Assembly: GCA_005889395.1 (NCBI GenBank)
Contig: VBFX01000026.1
Span: forward strand, 1 to 31,379
Direction: 5' to 3'
DNA: 31,379 bases
Source: Chloroflexota bacterium
Lineage (GTDB): Bacteria > Chloroflexota > Dormibacteria > CF-121
The notes under the pieces are model-generated. The model ran no database searches, was not told the origin of the DNA, and saw nothing but the letters and a program-made list of their open reading frames with translations. A program made the position numbers and the translations under genes. Positions 1 through 10,974 of this stretch are shown in pieces; within the stretch, counting starts at the first letter, position 1, and the number at the start of each line of letters is the position of its first letter.

Positions 1-47
1 TGGCATATGTTGTGGCCAGCACTGTCGGGAAACCCTACGGGCTGTGG
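1..47 (+). promoter_or_regulatory. Tandem NrdR boxes upstream of nrdJ (first box cut by window edge)
   Basis: ATATGTTGTGG (5-15) and ACCCTACGGGCTGTGG (32-47) resemble the NrdR box (acaCwAtATaTwGtgg). They are 32 bp apart, matching the known 31-32 bp spacing, and sit directly upstream of an RNR gene. Confidence 0.65.
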
Positions 48-53
48 TAAAAT
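45..53 (+). promoter_or_regulatory. Extended -10 promoter element of nrdJ
   Basis: TG-G-TAAAAT at 45-53, overlapping the second NrdR box. Confidence 0.6.
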
Positions 54-120
54 GCTTGACAGGCTTCATCCTACGGCATACGATGTGGGCCGCTCTCCAC
101 CCCACCCACGGAGGTTCACG

Positions 121-2727
<2,607 letters not shown>

Positions 2728-2735
2728 GCAATAAG

Positions 2736-2764
2736 GAGGAAGAGACCCGCGTGGTTTCTTCCTC
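2736..2764 (+). terminator. Stem-loop after nrdJ
   Basis: GAGGAAGAGACC-cgcgt-GGTTTCTTCCTC, a 12-bp stem with one G-U pair; no clear U tail. Confidence 0.45.
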
Positions 2765-2780
2765 TCGACCCTTGGAGGCC

Positions 2781-2921
2781 ATGCAATCGCATCCGTCGTG
2801 GTCGCATGAGGGGCCCGAATGTCCGTGCGGAGGTGCGACGGACTGGGATGGACGGAAATTTCGTTGTCGTGGATGTGGTCTCTATTACGAAACTTGCTGC
2901 GACGGCGGTCGCTGTCCATGA
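2781..2921 (+). CDS. Small Cys-rich zinc-finger-like protein (46 aa), not in ORF track as such
   Basis: MQSHPSWSHEGPECPCGGATDWDGRKFRCRGCGLYYETCCDGGRCP, with GGAGG at 2774-2778 and CPC / CxxC / CC motifs. Confidence 0.65.
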   Translation: MQSHPSWSHEGPECPCGGATDWDGRKFRCRGCGLYYETCCDGGRCP

Positions 2922-2982
2922 TCGCGAAAAAATTCTGAAAAATTCTGCTCACTGACCCGCCCGCGGCCGTCAGCACCGCCGC

Positions 2983-3036
2983 TCGCGAAAAAAATTGGGC
3001 CGAGAGTATGCAAAGCGGCTCAATTCATGCTATGGT
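2983..3036 (+). promoter_or_regulatory. Sigma70-type promoter with upstream A-tract
   Basis: ATGCAA (3008-3013), 17 bp spacer, TG-C-TATGGT (3028-3036); A7 tract at 2988-2994. Predicted start about 3043-3044. Confidence 0.55.
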
Positions 3037-3043
3037 CGCACTT

Positions 3044-3204
3044 AATGAGCGCGCAGCCGCGCTCTGATCGTCGCGTTGATCAGGGCGAGGGACTGAAGAA
3101 GGGCAACAGTCAAAGAACTCCGCGGACCACATCGATGAACGTCGACGTGTGGCTGTGCGGATCCCGAGGGTCGATCGCGACGCGCCGTCGCTCCCCTCGT
3201 TTTT
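3044..3204 (+). ncRNA. Candidate structured ncRNA or riboswitch-like leader, family not recognised
   Basis: Helices 3047-3053/3058-3064, 3060-3069/3078-3087, 3091-3095/3107-3111 and about 3120-3160. Ends in hairpin 3165-3199 followed by TTTTT. No convincing protein in this stretch. Confidence 0.45.
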
Positions 3205-3340
3205 CTCTCTCCACTTTGCTTCCGGCACCCGGCCTCGCCGGCGCCCGCGCGTCCACGGTACCCGTGGCGCTCACGCGCGTTTGGCGGCGGCGTCCAAGCG
3301 GCCGACCGGGGGAATCTCGCTAAGAAGGAGGTGAGCCCGG

Positions 3341-3406
3341 ATGGCCGCAAAGAAGAAAGCAGGCGGAAAGAAGAAAGCCGCGAAGAAGTCGTCGAAGAAG
3401 AAGTAG
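3341..3406 (+). CDS. 21-aa lysine-rich micro-protein (MAAKKKAGGKKKAAKKSSKKK)
   Basis: AAGGAGGTGA SD at 3325-3334; 11 of 21 residues are Lys; followed by its own terminator. Confidence 0.75.
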   Translation: MAAKKKAGGKKKAAKKSSKKK

Positions 3407-3431
3407 GTTAGCTTTTAGAGCTGACTTCAGA

Positions 3432-3461
3432 TACAGCCGGTGCCTTCGGGCGCCGGCTGTA
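3432..3461 (+). terminator. Strong stem-loop with UUCG tetraloop
   Basis: TACAGCCGGTGCC-TTCG-GGCGCCGGCTGTA, a 13-bp stem with one G-U pair. Confidence 0.7.
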
Positions 3462-3474
3462 GCATTTGTGGGCG

Positions 3475-3882
3475 ATGATCGATCTCGAGCGCGCCCGTCA
3501 TTTCCTGAAGGTCCGGCATGACGGCATCCTGGCCACCATCAAGCGTGATGGTCGCCCCCAGCTCTCCAACATCCTCTATTTCGTGGACGACGACGGCCGC
3601 GTAAAGATCTCCGTCACCCAGACCCGCGCCAAGACCCACAACCTTCGGCGCGACCCGAGGGCCAGCCTGCACGTCCAGGGTCGCGACCGCTACGAGTACT
3701 TAGTGGCGGAGGGGACGGCGCAGCTGATCGAGGGCGACGGGCTCGCAGAGGCGCTGCGCCACTATTACCGCAAGGTCCGCGGCGAACACCCCGACTGGGC
3801 CGAATACGACGCCGCCATGATCGCGGACCAGCGGCTGCTGCTCGCGATCTCGGTCGAGCGCGCCTACGGCTCGCTTCGCTAG
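3475..3882 (+). CDS. PPOX-class F420-dependent oxidoreductase (pyridoxamine 5'-phosphate oxidase family)
   Basis: GILATIKRDGRPQLS and KTHNLRRDPRASL motifs, about 135 aa. Confidence 0.85.
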   Translation: MIDLERARHFLKVRHDGILATIKRDGRPQLSNILYFVDDDGRVKISVTQTRAKTHNLRRDPRASLHVQGRDRYEYLVAEGTAQLIEGDGLAEALRHYYRKVRGEHPDWAEYDAAMIADQRLLLAISVERAYGSLR

Positions 3883-4110
3883 CTAGCGGACGGCCAGGCA
3901 GGTGACGGTCTTGAAGACGCCGTCGATCTTCTGGATCTTCTCGACGATGACCGATCCGATCCCGGCCACGTCGGGCGCCTCGACCGCGGCGATCACGTCA
4001 TATTCGCCGGTGATGGCGTCGGCCAGCTCGATGCCTTTGACGCCCTGAAGAGACCTGGCCACCTCGATCGCCTTTCCCGCCGACGCGTTGATGAGCACAT
4101 ACGCCCGCAT
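3883..4110 (-). CDS. Stand-alone Lrp/AsnC ligand-binding domain protein (75 aa)
   Basis: MRAYVLINASAGK...ITGEYDVIA...IQKIDGVFKTVTC with GGAGGG SD. This is the C-terminal part of track ORF 3883..4941. Confidence 0.85.
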   Translation of the reverse strand: MRAYVLINASAGKAIEVARSLQGVKGIELADAITGEYDVIAAVEAPDVAGIGSVIVEKIQKIDGVFKTVTCLAVR

Positions 4111-4173
4111 GACACCCTCCTGGTCGAATTTCCACCTCAGGATACGGGTTTGGCCGCCGCTAAGATGAAAGCC

Positions 4174-5217
4174 ATGACGTCCATGACGGCAGTGGTGAAA
4201 GCCGCTGCCGGTCCGGGCGCCGAGATCGACCAGGTCGACGTCCCCGAGCCGAAGGGCGCGGACGTCTTGATCGAGGTCGCGGCCTCCTCCATCTGTGGCA
4301 CCGACGTCCACATCTTCGACTGGAACGAGTGGGCCCAGCGCCACATCCATCCGCCGCGGGTGTTCGGTCACGAGATGTCGGGGCGGATCGTGGCTACCGG
4401 GCCAGACGTCAAAGCGCTCGCGTCCGGGACCTTCGTCGCCGCCGAGACCCATGTCGTCGACCACACCTGCCGCCAGTGCCGGCGTGGCCTCTACCACCTC
4501 TGCGAGAACACGCGGGTGCTCGGCGTCGATCGGGACGGGTCGTTCGCTCGCTACGTGCTGCTGCCTGCGGAGAACTGCTGGCGGAACGCCCCGGGGCTGA
4601 GCCCCGAGGTGGCCGCCCTGCAGGAGCCGTTCGGCAACGCGGTCCATGCCGCCACGGCCGGTGCGCTGAAAGACAACGCGGTGGCGATCTTCGGGCTGGG
4701 TCCCATCGGTCTCTGCGCCGTCGGCATCGCGCGCGCGGAGGGTGCGGCGGCGGTTTACGGCGTCGAGCCCAACCCCTACCGGAGGGAGCTGGCGGAGCGC
4801 ATGGGTGCCACGGCTGTGCTCGCACCGTCGACCTCGACGGTCGAGGACATTCGCAAGCTCAACGGTGGGGTTGGTGTGGATGTTGTCCTGGAAATGTCGG
4901 GCCATCCGGTGGCGATCGAGCAGGGGCTTCAGGTCCTCCACCGCGGGGGATGGATGAGCCTACTCGGCATCGGTGACCGGCCGGTCACGCTCGACCTCAA
5001 CGACCTGGTGGTCACGAAGGGAATCACGATTTACGGCATCTTCGGCCGGCGCATCTGGGACACATGGGAACGTACCTCGAGCTATCTCAGCACCGGCAAG
5101 GTCGACGTCTCGCCGCTCATCACCCACCGCTTCCCGCTCGACGACTTCCAGGAGGCGATGGCCCAGATGAAGAGCGGTCGATCCGGGAAAGTCGTGCTGC
5201 TGCCCAACGGTGGTTAG
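4174..5217 (+). CDS. tdh: L-threonine 3-dehydrogenase
   Basis: SICGTDVHI, GHE, AETH, EPFGNAVH, GIFGRRIWDTW motifs; directly upstream of kbl. ATG 4174 lies 7 nt after TAAGAT (alternative starts 4165 and 4183). Confidence 0.92.
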   Translation: MTSMTAVVKAAAGPGAEIDQVDVPEPKGADVLIEVAASSICGTDVHIFDWNEWAQRHIHPPRVFGHEMSGRIVATGPDVKALASGTFVAAETHVVDHTCRQCRRGLYHLCENTRVLGVDRDGSFARYVLLPAENCWRNAPGLSPEVAALQEPFGNAVHAATAGALKDNAVAIFGLGPIGLCAVGIARAEGAAAVYGVEPNPYRRELAERMGATAVLAPSTSTVEDIRKLNGGVGVDVVLEMSGHPVAIEQGLQVLHRGGWMSLLGIGDRPVTLDLNDLVVTKGITIYGIFGRRIWDTWERTSSYLSTGKVDVSPLITHRFPLDDFQEAMAQMKSGRSGKVVLLPNGG

Positions 5218-5226
5218 GAGGGTCAG

Positions 5227-6414
5227 ATGATCACTGAAAAGAAAACCCAGTTCCTTCTTGACGAGCTGGAGCAGTTGCGGCAGCAAGGGCTCTTCCGGCC
5301 CCTGCGGGTGCTGGGCTCGGCGCAGGACACCGAGGTCGTCGTCGATGGCAAGCACGTCCTCAACCTCTCGTCGAACAACTACCTGGGACTGACGACCCAC
5401 CCCCGGTTGAAGCAGGCCATGATCGAGGCCACCGAACACTGGGGCGCCGGCTCGGGCGCTGTTCGGACCATCGCCGGTACCATGACCGTCCACGAGGACC
5501 TGGAGCGCCGCCTCGCCGAGTTCAAGCACACCGAGGCCTCGCTCGTCTTTCAATCGGGCTTCACCGCCAACCTCGGCGTGCTCCAGTCGCTCGTCCGCGA
5601 AGGCGACGTCATCATCAGCGACGAGCTGAACCACGCCTCGATCATCGATGGCATCCGCCTGTCCAAAGCCGAGCGGTCGATCTTCAAGCATCGCGACATG
5701 GATGACCTCGAGCGGCATCTGGAGAAGCACCGCGACAAGCGGGTCAAGCTGGTGGTGACCGACGGTGTCTTCAGCATGGACGGCGACATCGCGCCACTGG
5801 CCGCGATCGTCGAGCGGGCCGAGCGCTTCCAGGCGCTGGTGATGGTCGACGACGCGCACGCCAGCGGCGTCCTGGGGGCGAATGGGCGCGGCTCCGTCAA
5901 CCACTTCGGCCTCGACGGACGGGTCGACCTCCAGATCGGGACGCTCTCCAAGGCGATGGGGGTGCTGGGCGGTTACGTCGCCGCCCCGCAAGCCGTTCGG
6001 GACTTCCTGATCCATCGAGCTCGGCCGTTCTTGTTCAGCACCTCGCATCCACCGGGGGTCGCGGCCGCCTGCATCGCCGCGATCGAGGTCCTTCTGGCCG
6101 AGCCGGAGCGCATCGAGCGGCTGTGGAAGAACACGGCTCGCTTCAAGGACGGTCTCAAACGGATCGGCTTCGAAACCGGCGCCAGCGAGACGCCGATCAC
6201 GCCCGTCATCGTGGGCAAGGGCTCGGTCGCCATGGAGTTCTCCGACCGCCTCTTCAAGCTGGGCGTCTTTGCCCAGGGAATCGGCTTTCCGACGGTGGCC
6301 GAGGGGCGGGCGCGGATCCGCACCATCGTGACCAGTGTCCATACGGAAGAGCAGCTCGACCGGGCGTTGGAGGCCTTCGCCACGGCCGGCAAGGAACTTG
6401 GCGTCATCGCGTAA
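5227..6414 (+). CDS. kbl: Glycine C-acetyltransferase (2-amino-3-ketobutyrate CoA ligase), PLP-dependent
   Basis: [33 protein letters not shown] and GTLSKA motifs; paired with tdh. Confidence 0.88.
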   Translation: MITEKKTQFLLDELEQLRQQGLFRPLRVLGSAQDTEVVVDGKHVLNLSSNNYLGLTTHPRLKQAMIEATEHWGAGSGAVRTIAGTMTVHEDLERRLAEFKHTEASLVFQSGFTANLGVLQSLVREGDVIISDELNHASIIDGIRLSKAERSIFKHRDMDDLERHLEKHRDKRVKLVVTDGVFSMDGDIAPLAAIVERAERFQALVMVDDAHASGVLGANGRGSVNHFGLDGRVDLQIGTLSKAMGVLGGYVAAPQAVRDFLIHRARPFLFSTSHPPGVAAACIAAIEVLLAEPERIERLWKNTARFKDGLKRIGFETGASETPITPVIVGKGSVAMEFSDRLFKLGVFAQGIGFPTVAEGRARIRTIVTSVHTEEQLDRALEAFATAGKELGVIA

Positions 6415-6454
6415 CCTTCACCACGCAAGGTACATATATGAATAGGTCAGCCGC

Positions 6455-7015
6455 GTGACCGAACGTTCGGCAGCGGAGCTGCAAGACGAGGCGCGCTTGA
6501 TCGAAGCCGCCAAGCGGGACCGCAAGGCGTTTGCCACCCTCTACGACCGCTACTTCGATCAGATCTACTCGTACTGCTACTACCACTCCGGCCGGCGTGA
6601 GGAGGCGGAGGACCTGGCAAGCGAGACGTTCCAGCGAGCGCTGGAAGGCCTCGACAATTTCGAATGGCGAGGAATTCCATACTCAGCATGGCTCTACAAA
6701 GTCGCGTCCAACTTGATGTCGAAGCGGCGGCGCCGGCCGCCCTGGATCGAGCTCCCCGACCCGATCGCGGGGAGCGGCGAGAACGATCCCGAGCGGCTCT
6801 GGCTGCGCCGGGAGCAGGGCGATGAGCTGCACAAGGCGGTCCGCAAGCTGCCCCTCGACCAGCGCGAGGCCGTGCTCCTCAAGTTCGAAGGCCGGCTGCG
6901 GAACAAGGAGATCGGTTTGATCATGAGCCGCAGCGAGGGCGCCGTGAAACTGCTGCTCTTCCGCGCCGTCCACGGCCTGCGCCGTCGCCTGAGCGAGCAG
7001 GAGAAGGGGCGATGA
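6455..7015 (+). CDS. ECF (sigma70 group 4) RNA polymerase sigma factor
   Basis: Region 2 (LYDRYFDQIY, EAEDLASETF, AWLYKVASN) and region 4 (LPLDQREAVLL, KEIGLIMSRSEGAVK). Confidence 0.92.
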   Translation: MTERSAAELQDEARLIEAAKRDRKAFATLYDRYFDQIYSYCYYHSGRREEAEDLASETFQRALEGLDNFEWRGIPYSAWLYKVASNLMSKRRRRPPWIELPDPIAGSGENDPERLWLRREQGDELHKAVRKLPLDQREAVLLKFEGRLRNKEIGLIMSRSEGAVKLLLFRAVHGLRRRLSEQEKGR

Positions 7016-7404
7016 ATCCGCGGCCGGAAGACGTCGACGCCCTCGCCCGCGCGATCGACCGCGTCGTCTTCGCCGAGACGGGTGGTCCCCGACGGCCCGA
7101 GACCCAATCGGCGTCGCTGGCTCTGATCTCCTACCTCAACGACAGCTTCCCGCGCGTCACGGTGGCTGCAGGCCGCCGCGAGCGGCTGCAGCGGCGGCTG
7201 ATCCGAGCGCTGCGCGTTCCCAGCACCCCGGCCTCCCCCGGCTGGCTTCGGCTCGAGGCGGAGATGAACCGGCGCCTCGGGAATCTCGATCCCCGGTGGA
7301 CGCCCGTCGTGGGCGGCGCCGCCCTGGTGCTGCTGGGCGTCGTCGGCTTCGCCTTCTGGCGCCAGCGCGGTTCGGTGAAGCCGGCAATCGCCAGCCTTCG
7401 CTAA
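7012..7404 (+). CDS. Putative membrane anti-sigma factor or hypothetical protein
   Basis: ATGA overlap with the sigma gene; single C-terminal TM (VVGGAALVLLGVVGFAFW); no HxxxCxxC ZAS motif. Confidence 0.65.
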   Translation: MNPRPEDVDALARAIDRVVFAETGGPRRPETQSASLALISYLNDSFPRVTVAAGRRERLQRRLIRALRVPSTPASPGWLRLEAEMNRRLGNLDPRWTPVVGGAALVLLGVVGFAFWRQRGSVKPAIASLR

Positions 7405-7416
7405 GCGGCGCGCGCT

Positions 7417-7584
7417 GTGAGTCGAGACGACGAGCTTTCGCCCAAGGAAGCCGCCCGCCTACGCGCCCGGGAACGGAAGGCCCGTCCGCCGAAGATGGTG
7501 GTCGATAATGCCGGCGTCAAGCGCATCCAGCTGGCACTCCGCGATCGCTCGACGAGCAAGAAGGTAAAGAAGCCCAAGCAGTAG
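7417..7584 (+). CDS. Small basic hypothetical protein (55 aa), not in ORF track
   Basis: GTG-start ORF MSRDDELSPKEAARLRARERKARPPKMVVDNAGVKRIQLALRDRSTSKKVKKPKQ that fills the gap before galU. Confidence 0.6.
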   Translation: MSRDDELSPKEAARLRARERKARPPKMVVDNAGVKRIQLALRDRSTSKKVKKPKQ

Positions 7585-7596
7585 AGTTAGAAGACC

Positions 7597-8478
<882 letters not shown>

Positions 8479-8505
8479 TGCTAGGAGAACCGGCGCAAGC
8501 GAGCC

Positions 8506-8511
8506 TATAAT
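8506..8511 (+). promoter_or_regulatory. -10 element upstream of the 8556 gene
   Basis: Perfect TATAAT in the intergenic region. Confidence 0.5.
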
Positions 8512-8555
8512 GAGGGGTCTGTTGAAAGGCTTTAGCTACGGTTTTGGGTCCAGAG

Positions 8556-8810
8556 ATGGCAGTTTCAGGGAGACGCAGATCCGACGAGGACCGGGTCGTT
8601 CGGTATTTGAATACCGAGGGCGACTTCGAGGTCGAGGTGTCGCACACATTGAACAAGTGGTGCGTCACCGTCTTTCAGCTACCCTCGAAACAGGTCGTAG
8701 CTCAGGACTTTTTCCCCGAGCGGTGGAAGGCGCTGGCGCGGGCGCAGGACTTCGTGCGCATCCTTAACACGCGCAACAAACCCCAACCGGAGACGGACGA
8801 AGAGCCCTGA
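8556..8810 (+). CDS. Hypothetical protein (about 84 aa)
   Basis: Protein-like sequence (YLNTEGDFEVEVSHTLNKWCVTVF) filling the intergenic space. ATG 8556 is preferred over TTG 8544. Confidence 0.65.
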   Translation: MAVSGRRRSDEDRVVRYLNTEGDFEVEVSHTLNKWCVTVFQLPSKQVVAQDFFPERWKALARAQDFVRILNTRNKPQPETDEEP

Positions 8811-9181
8811 TCCGTAACTCGTCGAGGGCCTTCTGGCTCCGTGAATGGGGTGCGCTTGCCTTCGTGGTGACGGTCATCGTTGGCCTGTTCGTGGTGCCGG
8901 CCGCATTGTTGCTCGAAGGCGGCAACAGGGCGGCATCGCCCACCAACCTCACGCTGTTGGCGCCCACGCCCGCCCCCAGCTTCTGCGTCGCGGCGGCGAC
9001 ACCGACGCCGTCCGGCTCGGCGACTGCGAAGCCCAGCCCGACCCCGACCCCGACACCGTCGGCATCGGGCAGCCCATCGGGGACGGCGATCGCCAGCGCC
9101 TCGGCGACTCCCTGCCCATCGCCGTCGGCGACCGCATCACCGTCGCCGAGCGGCAGCGCGAAACCCTCGGCCTCGCCTTAG
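8807..9181 (+). CDS. Membrane-anchored Pro/Ser/Thr-rich protein
   Basis: TM segment WGALAFVVTVIVGLFVVPAALLL followed by a PST-rich tail. The frame is open to CTG 8807, which overlaps the upstream TGA; track start is 8864. Confidence 0.6.
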   Translation: MIRNSSRAFWLREWGALAFVVTVIVGLFVVPAALLLEGGNRAASPTNLTLLAPTPAPSFCVAAATPTPSGSATAKPSPTPTPTPSASGSPSGTAIASASATPCPSPSATASPSPSGSAKPSASP

Positions 9182-9852
9182 GCCCGCTGTAGCAGTCGTT
9201 CGAATCCGTCTAGGAGTAGATCCAGGGCGAACTCGAACTCGTATTGATCGTCGCAACCCGGGCCGACGACCGACGCTTCTTCGTGGGAAGCCGCCGTGGC
9301 GATCGCCAGGACGTTGGGAAACTTCGGTCCCAGCTCGCGCATCATGGCCGCCGCGACCTCCGGATCGATCGTTGATGAGTCGTTGAAGAGCTCCTGGCTG
9401 AACCCCAACACACGGCTGCCGATGGTGTGCATCACATGATGGGTGAGGTTGACGGAGAAGCCGCCGGCCCTGAAGAGTCCGATCATCGTGTCCATGTACG
9501 CCAGCACTAGCGGCGTGGGGTTCTGCTTCGACTCCATCACCTGCGACGCCCAGGGGTGACGTAACAGCGCCCGTCGCGCGGAGAGGATCCGTTGGCGAAC
9601 CGCGCTTTTCCAGCCCGCTCCGGCGACAGGTGGATCGATCTCGCCGACGACCACATCGATCATTCCGTCGAGGAGCTCTTCCTTGTTGGCCACATGCTTG
9701 TAGAGGGCCATGGGCACGACCCCCAGCTCCTCAGCGAGCCTCCGCATGCTGAGCGACTCGATCCCGGCCTTGTCGGCGCGGGCGACGGCGGCACGTAGCA
9801 CGCGGTCCCTGCTGAGAGGGGCCCGTCGCGGAGCCTCGACCTTCTGAGCCAA
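9178..9852 (-). CDS. TetR/AcrR family regulator with TetR_C domain
   Basis: HTH LSMRRLAEELGVVPMALYKHVANKEELLDGM and C-terminal FEFALDLLLDGF. TTG 9852 follows a purine-rich SD. Confidence 0.92.
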   Translation of the reverse strand: MAQKVEAPRRAPLSRDRVLRAAVARADKAGIESLSMRRLAEELGVVPMALYKHVANKEELLDGMIDVVVGEIDPPVAGAGWKSAVRQRILSARRALLRHPWASQVMESKQNPTPLVLAYMDTMIGLFRAGGFSVNLTHHVMHTIGSRVLGFSQELFNDSSTIDPEVAAAMMRELGPKFPNVLAIATAASHEEASVVGPGCDDQYEFEFALDLLLDGFERLLQRA

Positions 9853-9866
9853 ATCTCTACGTCCTC

Positions 9867-9920
9867 TTGACAAGTGTACGCCGTACACCTAGAATCTGCA
9901 TCACGGTGTACGGTGTACAC
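9867..9920 (+). promoter_or_regulatory. Consensus promoter with two TetR operators (GTGTAC-N3-GTACAC)
   Basis: TTGACA 9867-9872, 17 bp spacer, TAGAAT 9890-9895; palindromes at 9874-9888 and 9906-9920. Confidence 0.85.
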
Positions 9921-9969
9921 TGGGCAGGGACACTATGGCGCCGCCCACGTTGAGGAGGAGGAGAAACGA

Positions 9970-10971
9970 ATGAAGGCGATCGCATACGAGGCGTACGGCT
10001 CAGCCGATATTCTCGAGGTCAAGGACGTTCCCAAACCCGACGTCGACGGTGACCGGGTTCTTATTCGGGTTCGCGCCGCGTCCGCGAATCCCTACGACTG
10101 GCACTTCATGAGGGGCTTACCGTTGATCGCCCGCACGTCAATGGGACTGCGCAAGCCGAAATACTCACTTCTGGGCAGCGACGTGGCGGGCGAGGTCGAG
10201 GTGGTCGGCGACGCCGTGACACGGTTCCGGCCCGGCGACCACGTCTTCGGGTTTGTCGGGTCGGGTGGCTTCGCGGAGTTCGTATCGGCCCCGGAAAAAC
10301 TTCTGGCGTTGATGCCCGACAACCTGAGCTTCGAGCAAGCGGCGACGGTCCCGCTCGCGGCGGTGACCGCGCTGCAAGGCCTTCGTGATGCCGGAGAGCT
10401 CCAGTCGGGGCAGAAGGTACTGATCGTCGGAGCGTCGGGAGGAGTGGGGACGTTCGCGGTGCAAATCGCGAAGTGGTACGCCGCGGATGTGACCGGTGTG
10501 TGCAGCACCAAGAATCTGGAAATGGTCCGCTCGATCGGCGCCGACCGCGTCATCGACTACACCCGAGAGGACTTTACCCGGAATGGTCAACAGTACGACC
10601 TGATCTTTCAGCTCGCGGGTACCACCTCACCGTCCGCCTGCCGACGCGCCCTCACACCGAAGGGCCGGCTCGTCCTCAGCAGCGGTGACTCCCCCGGTCG
10701 CATCATCGGGCCGGTCGGTCGGATCTTTAAGGCCCTCCTGTTATCACCATTCGTCGGCCAGACGCTCCGTCCGTTTGTCGCGAAGTCGAGTAGCGACGAC
10801 CTGCAGTTCCTCCGCGAACTGATCGAGGCCGGCAGGGTCACACCGGTCATCGACCGGACATATCCGCTGCGCGAATCAGCCGACGCGATCCGCTATCTCG
10901 AAACGGGCCATGCTCGAGGAAAGGTTGTCATCTCAGTGTCGGCCAACGGCCAGGTCAAAGGGAGCGACTGA
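9970..10971 (+). CDS. NAD(P)-dependent alcohol dehydrogenase / quinone-reductase-like MDR enzyme (zinc-independent)
   Basis: SANPYDW, GSDVAGEV, VLIVGASGGVGTFAVQIAK and ARGKVVI motifs; strong SD. Confidence 0.9.
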   Translation: MKAIAYEAYGSADILEVKDVPKPDVDGDRVLIRVRAASANPYDWHFMRGLPLIARTSMGLRKPKYSLLGSDVAGEVEVVGDAVTRFRPGDHVFGFVGSGGFAEFVSAPEKLLALMPDNLSFEQAATVPLAAVTALQGLRDAGELQSGQKVLIVGASGGVGTFAVQIAKWYAADVTGVCSTKNLEMVRSIGADRVIDYTREDFTRNGQQYDLIFQLAGTTSPSACRRALTPKGRLVLSSGDSPGRIIGPVGRIFKALLLSPFVGQTLRPFVAKSSSDDLQFLRELIEAGRVTPVIDRTYPLRESADAIRYLETGHARGKVVISVSANGQVKGSD

Positions 10972-10974
10972 GGC

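Noticed and set aside
3093-3099. CTGAAGA matches the hammerhead CUGANGA core
   Set aside because: No stem II followed by GAAA, and no cleavage triplet arrangement.
2728-3340. Possible cobalamin riboswitch, T-box, 6S, RNase P, tmRNA or SRP near nrdJ
   Set aside because: None of the hallmark sequences were found by eye; an Rfam scan is still needed.
3027-3350. Track ORFs 3027..3323, 3042..3350 and 3149..3334
   Set aside because: No SD, non-protein-like composition, and they lie over a hairpin-dense region.
3883-4941. 352-aa minus-strand ORF
   Set aside because: Only the last 75 aa (Lrp domain, with its own SD) are real; the rest is antisense to tdh.
5227-6414. BioF (8-amino-7-oxononanoate synthase)
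   Set aside because: Same family, but the tdh pairing and absence of bio genes favour kbl; dual activity is not excluded.
6393-6414. GGAACT...CGTAA as an ECF autoregulatory promoter
   Set aside because: Spacing of 11 nt is too short for the usual 16-17 nt.
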